From Convolutriloba macropyga (taxonomy: Eukaryota): a stretch of DNA of 64,000 nt. Where the stretch lies: positions 56,420,001 through 56,484,000 of the forward strand of contig NC_134478.1 of the NCBI RefSeq assembly GCF_964194025.1, in the 5' to 3' direction. Under the pieces are notes generated by a model, which was not told the origin of the DNA, did not search any database, and saw only the letters and a program-made list of their open reading frames with translations. Below are positions 25,381-37,225 of the stretch, piece after piece (the first letter of the stretch is position 1; each line of letters begins with the position of its first letter). Both the position numbers and the translations under genes were made by a program.

Positions 25381-26397
25381 CCACCCAGTGCTTTTCAGTA
25401 CTTAACCAGTGTAAATCCTGGACTGTTTTTAAAGTACTTTTTTCACTGGTCTTTTTAATGATTGTCAAAATTTAGACGGGTCAGTCTAATTTTCAGAGTT
25501 AATTTTTTTATTAAGATTATATCGTAATCATAATATACATACAATTGGTTTTCACTATTACTACCCTGGTTGAGTTGAGAAGGTTGGGGGAGAGTAAGTT
25601 CATCAGCTTTGTTTATCAAAATAGCAGAGTTATTTTTGCGTTACCAACTGAAGAACAAAGACCCAGTTTGAGGGTTGACGTCACAGACGGAATGTCGATA
25701 TATCGAGACCCAAATGAAAGCGCAAAGGGGGGGGGGCGCATGCGTTCCAACTTATATAGTCTTGATACACAGAAGTTTGCACAAAAGTGGACATGAACGA
25801 CAACAGGGCCGTCTGGAAATACACTTTCCGTCTGGGAAGGTTCGGTCATAGACACTTTCCGTCTCGAACCTCCGGCATGGGAACGGCAGAGCAGATAGAC
25901 AACTAGCTCATAGCTTTTGCTCCACGGCGCACACTAGAAAAATTTAAGGAAACAAAAGATTAACTAGACAGTGATCTGGCTTATTTTTAGTTATATATGG
26001 ACTGAAATTTTGGGAAGTTACAAAGTCTGAATGAAAAGTGCTGAAAGAACTACATTTTATTTCAAAATCATCTAATAAACGAGTAAATGATCAAGCGAGA
26101 AATGTTTCGAGTTATTGCAGAAATGAAATGACTGCGTTATTATTTCGTTTTGGTAACCTTTATGTATACTTTGGAACTGGCTTCCGAAAATGTGTTGAAA
26201 ACTTAACAAAAAAGAGTCAATTTTAAAGAAGAGTGAAGAGCTAAGTTTATCGTTTTTTTGTCTTGGCATGTTGCTGAAGAAGTATGTTTAAAACTTACTG
26301 GTTCAGTACTGATTTTCAACGATATACTGGTTTTGTGATGTTTCGCTACTGAAATACACTACTTGGTGATTCCGGGTTTTTGTAAACACATTTTTTG

Positions 26398-27010
26398 TGA
26401 CGATAAATTCCACTGTCTGTGATAGGGTCAGCCTGACACCTGGAATACCTCAAGGGAGCGTAAATATTCTCATTCCTTTTCTCATATACGTCAGCCATTT
26501 GCCTCAAACAAAAGCCCAGTTCTCACAGTTCGCTGACAACTTAGGTCTCAATCCCCCAAAATAATTCAGAAACATCTTCAATCATCACTGAACAGTCTAA
26601 TTGATTGGTTTGACTGACGAAAAATCAAAATAAAACCAGTTAAAACTCCTCAAAGAAAGAATCTTCTCTTGAACTCAATTTAAAAGGAGTATCCATTAAA
26701 ATGACCCAACCGATAAGTTTTTTAGTTATCATTTTCACTCCACATCTCAAAGGGAATGACCATTGCATAGATTTAATACTAAGAGCGAACAGCATGCTTT
26801 GTTTTATTCTGGAAGTTGATTAACCTAAACGTTAACGAAGAAAGTCTAATTTGGTTTACAAAGCGTGGGTCCGACCCCTTTTTCTGTACTCAAACGCTTG
26901 CTGGCTGGATCAATCACAGGCCCTAGTCAAAAAATACAAAACGTGCAAAACCGGGCTCTATGAATTTGCCTTGGAAAAACAAGATGGTACCAGTTTCAAA
27001 AACTCCACGA
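26398..27010 (+). pseudogene. Degenerate LINE RT fragment (unit 2 copy)
   Basis: Homologous to 22851-23470 (GIPQGS, QFADN), with an additional small deletion. Confidence 0.8.
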
Positions 27011-27481
27011 AGAGGCAAACATAAAGCCAGTCGAGAAAATGCAGATTAAATTGGTCAACTAGTATTTTCAAAGGTCAATAAAACGCAACATACTGTCTGT
27101 AACAGAGCTGATAAATAAGACAAAAGTGCCCGCTCAACGCTTGCAAAAGCACTTTTAACTATTTCCATTACTAAAAATTCTAGCCGCATGCAGCATAGAC
27201 TAGTGGCTATAATGACTGCTTAATGTAGTGATCAACCAAACAAAATGAGGATCAATCCCTTATCAATTCTGGAAAATCAATATCAAAGAACACAGTCCCG
27301 GAAACAACAGAAATGGGCTCAACGACAAAAGAAAAGAGAGAACTTAGAACATAAAAATGAAAACTAAGGAAGAACAAGAAAAATGAGTCCAACACCAGAA
27401 GCTTTATGCGTATTTCATTGAGGTGTTCCATCCATCCAATAGATCTCCAACAGCTTTATAACGTCTTGAAAAGGAGGAATT

Positions 27482-27577
27482 TGCCGCAGTAGTCAACACA
27501 AGCGTGGAAGAATTAACGGAAGAACAAACTTTTTCCTCCGAATGTGGTTCGAGTCCAGCTGAAATACCTTTCAGCTT
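27482..27577 (+). mobile_element. tRNA-derived SINE-like head (unit 2 copy)
   Basis: Homologue of 23946-24040; B box GGTTCGAGTCC retained. Confidence 0.45.
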
Positions 27578-28824
27578 TCCTTATTTTTTTCTGCTATACT
27601 ACAAGAAATACAATATGAAAAGCAACAGAACAACCCAACCAGACATGTTAATAGTATTGGGCCAGCCGCTCACCTAGTCAATTTGGAGCCAAATACAGCT
27701 CATTCTTTGTCATCTTCCATAATAATGTCCATATTATTCTGTTGTTTTCATCTGTCCATCCAGCCGCTTCACTAATCAATTTGGGGCTGAACAGATTACA
27801 GCTGTCATCAATATCTATACGCGTAATTATTGTCCAACAGTTGCGCCTTCTTTCGATGCCTTTCATTTCTACTTTCTTTGTGATTATTTTACTTCTCACT
27901 CCACTGATTTAAAAAAACATCTCTTAGATTTAAAAAACATCTCTTAAATTTAAAAAAAGAAACGAAAACATTAACTATTGTGCTGCGCTTGGTTTAGTTT
28001 CGCCGGTTTATTGGTTTAGGTTAGCGTAGCACTTTTTCAAAATATTTTTTTTATTTTTGTCAATTTCTTAATGCTTTTTCTAGTCAGAAACAACGCTTTT
28101 CTTTTATTTGTCTCGCTCCTTTTATTCTAAACTTAACAGTCCTTTTTTTCTCTCCTCAATTTGATTTCTACATTGAAGCAGGATTATTGGAAAACATTGC
28201 ACGTAATCTAAGCCCCAGCTTTAATTCATCAAATGGAAAGTTATTTTATTTTAATGAAAAGCTGAATTTATGTAGCAGCGTGCATGGCAATTAGCGCGGT
28301 TCTCTAAGAGAACATCAGAATTGGGCGCTTCGGTTCGAAACCGTTTAAATGAGTTTGTCGATCTCCGTTTTAAATTCGCAACGATTTGGACTTTGAAAGA
28401 TCGAAGCATTAAAATGAAAAACTGCAGCTACAGAAGTCAACTTAGTGCAATGAACTATTACCTAGAAGAACCAGAACATCATCACGAGCGGCTTCGAGCC
28501 CCACCCACACCCATCGAACTTTTTATTTCATTGAATTCAAGTTTATTTTATTGTTTTAATTATCATACTTACCGGAAGAAATTGTAACACCCCCTTTCAC
28601 ACAATCTCCACGAGGCTAGCCAAGGAACCGTGCCATTACCATTTGAATACGTCAAGTTCAGCCAGCAGAAGTCCTCCATGGTAATTGAAATGGTTGAGTG
28701 CATCTGAGGCAGAGGAAGTTTTTTTTACAGTTAGAGAGAACATTCAGTATGTACTAGAAATACTAAATTCATTTTTTAAATAATAAGCTCCAATTCTTCC
28801 TACTGTGTATATAACTTCTTTTAC

Positions 28825-28953
28825 NNNNNNNNNNNNNNNNNNNNNNNNNNNNNNNNNNNNNNNNNNNNNNNNNNNNNNNNNNNNNNNNNNNNNNNNNNNN
28901 NNNNNNNNNNNNNNNNNNNNNNNNNNNNNNNNNNNNNNNNNNNNNNNNNNNNN
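28825..28953. other. Assembly gap
   Basis: Run of N. Confidence 1.
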
Positions 28954-30886
28954 GTACTTAACCAGTGTAAATTCCGGACTGTTTTTAAAGTACTTTTTAC
29001 TGGTCTATTTAATGATTATGTCAAAAATTAGACGGGTCAGTCTAATTTTCTGAGTTAATTTTTTTACTAAGATTTTATCGTAATCATAATATACATGCAA
29101 TTGGTTTTGACTTTTACTACCCTGGTTGAGTTGAGAAGGTTGGGGGGGGGAGTAAGTTCATCAGCTTTGTTTACCAAAATAGCAGAGTTAAATTTGCTTT
29201 ACCAACTGAAGAATAAAGACCCAGGTTGAGGGTTGACGTCACAGACAGAAAGTCGATATATCGAGACCCAAATGAACGCACAAAGGGTGGGGGGCATGCG
29301 TTCAAACTTATATAGTCTGGATACACAGAAGATTGCACAAAAGTGGACATGAATGACAACAGGGCCGTCTGGAAATACACTTTCCGTCTGGGAAGGTTCG
29401 GTCATAGACTCTTTCCGTCTCGAACCTCCAGCATGGGAACGGCAGTGCAGAAAGAGGACTAGCTCATAGTTTTTGCTCCTCGGCGCACACTAGAAAAATT
29501 TAAGGAAACAAAAGATTAACTAAACAGTGACCTGGCTTATTATTTTTAGTTATATATGGACTGAAATTTTGGGAAATTACAAAGTCTGAATGAAAAGTGC
29601 TGAAAGAACTATATTTTAACTCAAAATCATCTAATATATGAGTAAATGATAATGCAAGAAATGTTTCTAGTTATTGCAGAAATGAAATGACTGCGTTATA
29701 ATTTCGTTTTGGTAACCTTTATGTATACTTTGGAACTGGCTTCCGAAAATGTGTTGAAAAACTTAACAAAATAGAGTTAAATTTAAAGAAGAGTGAAGAG
29801 CTAAGTTTACTATCGTTTTTTTGTCTTGGCATGCTGCTGAAGAAGTTTGTTTAAAACTGACTGGTTCAGTACTAATTTTCAACGATATACTTGTTTTGTG
29901 ATGTTTCGCCATTGAAATACACTACTTGGTGATTCCGGGTTTTTGTAAATGAATTTTTTGTGAAGATAAATTCCACTGTAAGTGATAGTTTTAGCCTGAC
30001 ACCTGGAATATCTCAAGGGAGCGTAATTATTCTCTTTCTCTTTCTCATATACGTCAGCCATTTGCCTCAAATAAAAGCCCAGTTCTCACAGTTCGCTGAC
30101 AACTTAGCCCTCTACTATAGGTCACAATCCCCCAAAATAATTCAAAAACATCTTCAATCATCACTGAACAGTCTAATTGATTGGTGTGACTCACTAAAAA
30201 TCAAAATAAACACAGATAAAACTCCTCAAAGAAAGAATCTTCTCATGAACGCAATTTAAAACATTGCACGTGATCTAAGCCCCAGCTTTTTTTCATCAAA
30301 TGGAAATTTATTTTATTTTAATGAAAAGCTGAATTTATGTAGCAGCGTACATGACAATTAGCGCGGTTCGCTAAGAGAACATCAGAATTGGGCGCTTCGG
30401 TTCAAAACCGTTCAAATGAGTTTGTCGATCTCCGTTTTAAATTGGATTTGGACTTTGAAAGATCAAAGCATTAAAACGAAAAACTGCAGCTACAGAAGTC
30501 AACATAGTGCAGTGAACTATTACCTAGATGATCCAGAACATCATCACGAGCGGGTTCGAGCCCCACCCACACCCATCGAATTTTTTTTTTATTGAATTCA
30601 AGTTTATTTTATTGTTTTAATTATCATACTTACCGGAAGAAATTGTAACACCCCCTTTCATAAAATCTCCACGAGGCCAGCCAAGGAACTGTGCCATTAC
30701 CATTTGAAATACGTCAATTTCAGCAGCAGAAGTCCTTCATGGTACTTGAAGTGGTTAAGTGCCTCTGAGGCAGAGGAAGTTTTTTTTACAGTTACAGAGA
30801 ACGTTCAGTCTGTACTAGAACTACTCAAATTCATTTTTTAAAAAATAAACTCCAACTCTTCCTACTGTGTATATAAAATCTTTTAC
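28954..30886 (+). repeat. Tandem duplication unit 3, with an internal ~1.5-kb deletion
   Basis: Collinear with units 1 and 2, with an RT fragment at 29960-30259. Jumps at ~30260 (CAATTTAAAA|CATTGCACG) to sequence equivalent to ~24651/28191. Confidence 0.92.
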
Positions 30887-31245
30887 NNNNNNNNNNNNNN
30901 NNNNNNNNNNNNNNNNNNNNNNNNNNNNNNNNNNNNNNNNNNNNNNNNNNNNNNNNNNNNNNNNNNNNNNNNNNNNNNNNNNNNNNNNNNNNNNNNNNNN
31001 NNNNNNNNNNNNNNNNNNNNNNNNNNNNNNNNNNNNNNNNNNNNNNNNNNNNNNNNNNNNNNNNNNNNNNNNNNNNNNNNNNNNNNNNNNNNNNNNNNNN
31101 NNNNNNNNNNNNNNNNNNNNNNNNNNNNNNNNNNNNNNNNNNNNNNNNNNNNNNNNNNNNNNNNNNNNNNNNNNNNNNNNNNNNNNNNNNNNNNNNNNNN
31201 NNNNNNNNNNNNNNNNNNNNNNNNNNNNNNNNNNNNNNNNNNNNN
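30887..31245. other. Assembly gap
   Basis: Run of N. Confidence 1.
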
Positions 31246-31479
31246 CTGGTTAAGAGTTATGTACTTTGAGTTCTCTACTATGAATCAAATATTTGGTTCC
31301 CCAGTAAAGTTAGACTACAGCGTATGGAGAGAGATGAAAGAAGATGTGTTAAGTGGATCTGTTGACAATGGAATCTCTCCGATTAAGACTATTTCTTAAG
31401 TCTGATTAACCAAGGTCTATTGACCATTGGGTACAAGCTAATCCACGCAGATCTCCTTCTTTTGGACAAAATACTCGTG

Positions 31480-31780
31480 GGACAGACTTTTCTGAATCCT
31501 GGGAGATCAAATCACACGACTTCAATACAAGGTCCAGTGGCAAAGTCTTGATGTCTGCTAGAGAAATGAGACAGCGGTGCGAATAAATTTTTTGTTCTTG
31601 TAGTTAAATATAACAATGCGTTTTCATTCATCTACACTTTTTCCTGGTATACGCCTCTGATAAATCCCAAAACATTCCTAAGAGAAATGACAAAATTCAT
31701 TGAGGTGGAAGCGATGTCCAAATTCAGATACTGCTGCTATCCTTCCAGTTGGGATCCGTTAGAAAACCTTAATCAAAATT
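31480..31780 (-). pseudogene. Possible very old LINE ORF2 3' remnant
   Basis: Minus-strand fragments DPNWKD, VLGFIR and TLPLDLVL...DL resemble post-RT LINE motifs; heavily disrupted. Confidence 0.3.
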
Positions 31781-31844
31781 GAACCTCCCCTAAGTGGGGC
31801 AAAGCCAAGATGGTGGAAAACATGTTTCGTTTGAATTCATTTTA

Positions 31845-31854
31845 ATTATTATTA

Positions 31855-31910
<56 letters not shown>

Positions 31911-31969
31911 TTTATTAATATTAATTTCATTATTTTCATTATTTTTATTACTATTAATTTTAATATTAA

Positions 31970-32012
<43 letters not shown>

Positions 32013-32022
32013 AACTATTATT
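31845..32022. repeat. (ATT)n microsatellite, interrupted
   Basis: Seen directly. Confidence 0.95.
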
Positions 32023-33700
32023 AAAATACACTATTTGGATTGTTTTCAACCAAAAAATCATCCAATCCCAGAAACACAGAGTATTCAGAAATTGATATCC
32101 AGTGTAAATAATTGTATATCTTTATGCTACTAGTTGTTAAAGATCGGCTGCTGCTTACAAAAATATTCTCTTCACGGCTCAATTTTTTTGTCGCAGAGCA
32201 CTGGCCTTTAGTTTTGAGTTGGATTTTTGGACTTTGATCAGTCCTTATAGTTTGTCTGATGGTGGTTTGAGCTAACTTTCTTAAGACTATTTCACCAAAG
32301 AGGTTAACGGGCAGAAAATTTTTTTGAGGTCGCTCCAGAAAATAGGTATGAACCCGACCGAATTTTTGGTACAGGCCAAAGCGAAATGGGCATGTGCCAC
32401 ACAAATAGACCGAAGAACGGTTATGGGCCCGACCGAAAAAACCGACCGACGATTGGTTACGGGCCAGACCAAAGACCGGATATGAGACAGACCGAATCGA
32501 CTCAATTCAATTTTGGACCAGACCGAACAGATCCAATTCAGCTTTGGGACGGACGGAGCGGCGTGATCAAAAGTTTGTCCACACTGTCAGCTCGGTCGCG
32601 CCGGACCCCTTTGTCCAGGACCCAGGTCCGTCTTGTCCATTCGTGTCTTGGGTCGACGACTTTGTCCTGTGCGTGCAGATAGTGTTCAGGAATACATCCA
32701 CCGTTCAGGTATATTTTCCTGAAATTTAATGTAAATCTACCGACTCGTTTTTTTTCAGACATCATGATAGCGACGGCAATTTGCGTAGATTTCCAAATCG
32801 TTTGTTGGAAATTGCTGTTTTGGGGAAACTGAAATGAGCGGAAAGCTCACTGAATTCTCGTACGATTTTCGAGGACCAATGACGGCACATGAGACTAAGA
32901 AATTGTACCATTAACGAGCCCAAAAACGATGACGTGGTCAAATGATTAGGTGAAAAAACAATCAGATATGCAGCACTCATCACTATGTGTTCACTTTATA
33001 TAAAGTAGCAGCAGAACTTTTGCTTAAAATGCATGGAAACCTTCTTTCTTTCAGCATGTTGCAATTGCTCTCAAACAATTATATTAGTCAGGTGGTCTTT
33101 TTTAATGCCGTTTTTGCTTGATCGATTTTTTGTGTGACGCTTTCAACTTTTTGACCTCAAAAACGGGATCAACTGGTAAAAACTGGATTGCATTTAGTGG
33201 CTGAGCAGTTCTCTTAGAGCCTTACACCATGCTAGTTTCTTTTGAACGAAATCTTAAAAGTAGGCTCTTAATCTTAGAAGTTTGATCTCCCCTCCTTACT
33301 CCACTCATCACCCTTTAATTATAGCCCCAGCTGGCTACTGCCAAAGCCAACCACTCACCGGTCCTATGAAACAAATTCGCCCAACGTTGGTCGGTTATGT
33401 TTTAAAATTTTGTTCGACTGAAAAAATCAAATTGAACCAAAATGGTATATTGAAAAGAAGAATATCTGAATGAACAATTGCATGAAGATCACGTCAAGAA
33501 ATTAATTTTATGCTTTAAACTAACTTTAAAATAATTTTTTCCTGCTAATTAGGGGCTTAATATGCTTAATATTACGGCTTTTTTTTGAACCATTTTCACC
33601 TTTTGTGATTTATTTTGTATGTCGAACATCAATTTCCCCAAAGAGAGGTTTGATAATGACACAGAGAAGTGAAAAAATTGAGATTTTATGTAGTTTACAA

Positions 33701-35290
33701 CTACCCGGGTTGAGATTTTGTCGAAAAATATATTGTAAAAATTGCGATGATTAGCAGTGAAAAAAGTATATTTTTCAGCGCAAAGCGCCCTCATCTTTAA
33801 TCGATGAATGTAGTGAAAGCGGTGAATTTTTGTAGGTTTTGCGGCTTATAGCGTTGATTTGTTGTTAGATATTATGTTTTTATCGGTGAAATTTTTATTT
33901 CCACCGCATTCAACGGAAATCCTCAACAGTACCTCAAAAAAGAAACTGCTCTTCACGGATTCGAAACCGTCAACTCCTGCATGTCAACAACTGTTTATTC
34001 CACTGCTCCATCTGTCACTTATTTCTATTATTTCTCTTTTCAGTTTAAATCAGATTCAATAAACGTTAGAGAAAACAAATGCCTGGAGTTTTGTAAAATT
34101 TGCGGTATTTAGAGGTGAGGCTTTTATATTTTCACCACCTAAGCGTTGAGAAAAAACTAACCGTTACCAACAGAAAGTGGTGAAAATAGAAATTTTGATC
34201 TCTATAAACCGCAAATCTGACAACTAACCTAAAATAATATATCGTATTTCTTTACGGTAAATTGACGTAAGATATTCGGTTTTTAGGGTTAATTTGTTTT
34301 CCTCGCCACTTTCAACGATGAAAATATAACTTTTTTCTACAGATATTTCAACATAAAGCTCTCGTTGTATTAGATTTTCCTTAAATAGGTGTCTCTCACG
34401 ATGGGTTTGAATTGACTTGAATAACTCCTTGTTCAAAATAAAATCCACTTTTTTTGAAAAAAGTTATATGCGTATATGCAACTAAAACCAATGAAAATAT
34501 GGATTTTTTGTAGAGAAACTGTATCAAAAGTTCTTGTTGTTTTAGACTTCCCAAAAAATAACGGATCTCTGACTATGAGTTTAAATTTGTTTTAGTTTTC
34601 ATCCCATTTGACGCAGAAGCTGTAACGAAGAACATTTTCTTCAACTATATACGTTGTTTTACTTTAATTTTTTTAAGTTAAAAATATTGCATCTGCCTGC
34701 TGGTTGCTACAAAACTATTAAATAAAAATCTGAAAATGGCAAGTTAAGAGTAGTAAAAAGAAGTAATAAATAGAAAATCGTTTTTTTAAAAAAAGAACGA
34801 CCTTTGCTTCCAATACTGCAGCGACTGCAATTCAGTGATTTTTGCTGTAAAAGCGGTGAAATTTTTTATTGCTTTCAACGCTTTCACTTCAAATCTTACA
34901 TAAGTTCATTAAAAATTTGAGTCGTCATAAAATTTTGCTAACTTAGTGGTGAAACTATTTACGGTTTGTGGTTTTTAGCGGGGAATGTTTTTCACCGCTC
35001 TCAACGCATTCACTGGTATTGTTACATCTTTTTTGCAAAATTTTCTGTGGTGGACATTTGGTAAATTTAGCGGTGAATTTTTGTACGATTTGCGATTGTT
35101 AGCGGTGTAATGTGTTTTTCACAACTCTCAACGCAATTAAATCTATTCTTACATCTTTCTTTGTAATATTTTTTGCGGTGGAGATGTAAACTTAGGGTAA
35201 ATTTTCGTAAGATTTGCAATTATTAGCGGCGAATTCTTTTTTTTTCAACATTTTTTGCTATTTTTTGCGTTGACATCTCGACCCGGGTAG
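33701..35290. mobile_element. Putative non-autonomous DNA element with 16-bp inverted termini and GCGGTGAA subrepeats
   Basis: CTACCCGGGTTGAGAT (33701-33716) and ATCTCGACCCGGGTAG (35275-35290) are inverted with 1 mismatch. Dense (A)GCGGTGAA motifs occur at 33750-34330 and 34850-35270. No TSD found. Confidence 0.4.
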
Positions 35291-35666
35291 TAAAAATATA
35301 TCAAATTGACGCGTGGGAAAATTTCAACTTTTTTTACCTAGAAAATTGTGCTCAATATTGCTTCGAAGAAGTGCTTCAAATTGTTGGTGGTTGGATGAGG
35401 GAAAAGTTGCTGATGAGGGCAAAAGTTTTCCTTTCACATCAAAAATGTTTTTTTTTAAATAAAAATTGGGATTTATGTTGGGAAGATGTGTGCTACGCAG
35501 ACATACACCACTCGTCTTGGTGCTATAATTACTAAATGGTCAAATAGTAATAACTAAAAGACTTAAAATCAATAAGAAGACCCGGGATGACAAAAAGTTG
35601 TAATCATAAAACTTTCATATTATGGACCATTGACTTCATAATTCAAAAAAGTTTTTGGAAATTGGC

Positions 35667-35782
35667 ATGACTACAACTTTGCCATAAATGGAAGTTTTAT
35701 GACTACAAATTTCTCATAAATGGAAGTTCTATGACTACAACTTCTCCATAATATGACGTTCTATGGCTACTAATTATCCATA
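35667..35782 (+). repeat. 32-bp minisatellite, ~3.6 copies
   Basis: ATGACTACAA...CATAAATGGAAGTT units start at 35667, 35699, 35731 and 35763. Confidence 0.85.
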
Positions 35783-36642
35783 ACAGAAACGAGGCATTTA
35801 AAGGGTCTTGGTTTTTTCGTGAGTCCTCATGAGCTTCTTAAACTACAAGGGAAAACAGACTGTTTTTCTTGCAGAATAAGCAAAAATAGAGGCTCTTTTT
35901 TTCCAAGACATATATATAGCTAAAATCTAAAATCCCGGATAGGCCAGGAATATTATAGCACATCATAGAAGAAAGAAACAAAGCACAATTAAAATACAGC
36001 ACAATGGGAGAAGGTGCCTTTAAGGGCACAAAGGGATGGACATTTAACAAAAAATCGAGTTTTTTTTTTTAAAAAAAAACATTTTAACCCCCAAAATTTA
36101 AACGAAGACGCCAAAAAAGAAAAAATTGGTGCCTCACAATCCTTATGGATAGAAGGCACTCCCAAAACAGTTTGCGTAACAGTTCTGTGACGTCGAGACT
36201 TTGGAACTGAAATCTACCCAGGATAATTTGGAGCATCGTATGATTAGATTAGTCATTTATGACAACATAATTGGAGTACCCGAATTGGTCGCTTCTGCAA
36301 TTATACACAAACTCTAAAAGTAATAAACGAAAAAGATACCCAATTTTTGTCTAACTTCCAGTCGACGATTATTAATAAACGGTTAACCTGAAAAAGGAGG
36401 AGTACTTAACAAATATATGACTTGACAGCCGACAAAGGACGACGCAAGAACAACAAACAGATCATTTTTTTGGGGGGGGGGGAGGAGGATAAGATTGAAG
36501 CAGTGAAGCAGGCTAGTATCAGCAAAAACAGTGTCTTTGAAGGCCTCATGAAAAAAGTCATTCAAATATCGGATGCAGCATAACCCTGTCGGAGATCACA
36601 ATGAAACCAGCCTGAAAAACAGTCGCAGCTCCTTTTTCATTT

Positions 36643-36768
36643 GGGTCTTTCCCATTATAGCCCCCCGCCTAGTGGTCAGATACCCTATAGCCCCCCCCCC
36701 CCCCAATAATGGTAAATATACTCTAATGGGGGCTATATTTTCATGGGGGGATTTAATGGGAAAGACCC
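36643..36768. mobile_element. 126-bp MITE with 24-bp TIRs and an 8-bp target-site duplication
   Basis: TIRs GGGTCTTTCCCATTAtagCCCCCC ... GGGGGGattTAATGGGAAAGACCC (first 15 bp perfect). TTTCATTT lies on both sides (36635-36642 and 36769-36776). Confidence 0.85.
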
Positions 36769-36877
36769 TTTCATTTTATATATCATAATTTATTTGCTGC
36801 AATGGAAGTTCAGCCGATTTAACTCCAATGTGAAGTTTTTGTTACTTTTTTAAAGCACTGATGGCGTTAAAATGATA

Positions 36878-37225
36878 CTAGCAGGCCCGCAAAAACATCA
36901 GAGGAAAATCATTTAAAAGAAAAGATAGGTTAAAAAATCAGATTTCTTTGCACCACCTGGGGCTGGAACCTATGCCCCTCGTTCAAAAGCAATAGGTATT
37001 ACGTTTCGTCACCGATGTGTTTGGTTTGAGTATATTACCCTATGTGCCAACAATTTTTTTGTCCAACCACGTTTTCTGCTTTACAATTTTGCATATTTAA
37101 GGAGCGCTCAGACTTTGTACAGATAACGATATTCTACATGGTGGCATAGTGTAACTCATTTTCTACGTTAGGCTGCATGTTTAAGGAGCGTTTATAACAT
37201 GCGATGATACGGAGCTTAAACATGC
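36878..37225 (+). repeat. GA-tract element cassette L
   Basis: Homologous to 44320-44630 and to the reverse complement of 19415-19745. Directly precedes the purine tract. Confidence 0.85.

Larger units (their letters stand above)
25376..28824 (+). repeat. Tandem duplication unit 2
   Basis: Collinear with unit 1 without the 655-bp duplication. Runs into an N gap where unit 1 leads into (TA)n. Confidence 0.95.

Noticed and set aside
31794-32024. Poly-Ile ORF
   Set aside because: Translation of the (ATT)n microsatellite.
32320-32690. GC-richer patch with GGGCCAGACC-like short repeats and overlapping small ORFs
   Set aside because: No recognisable protein or termini. Probably a transposon subterminal remnant, but unsupported.
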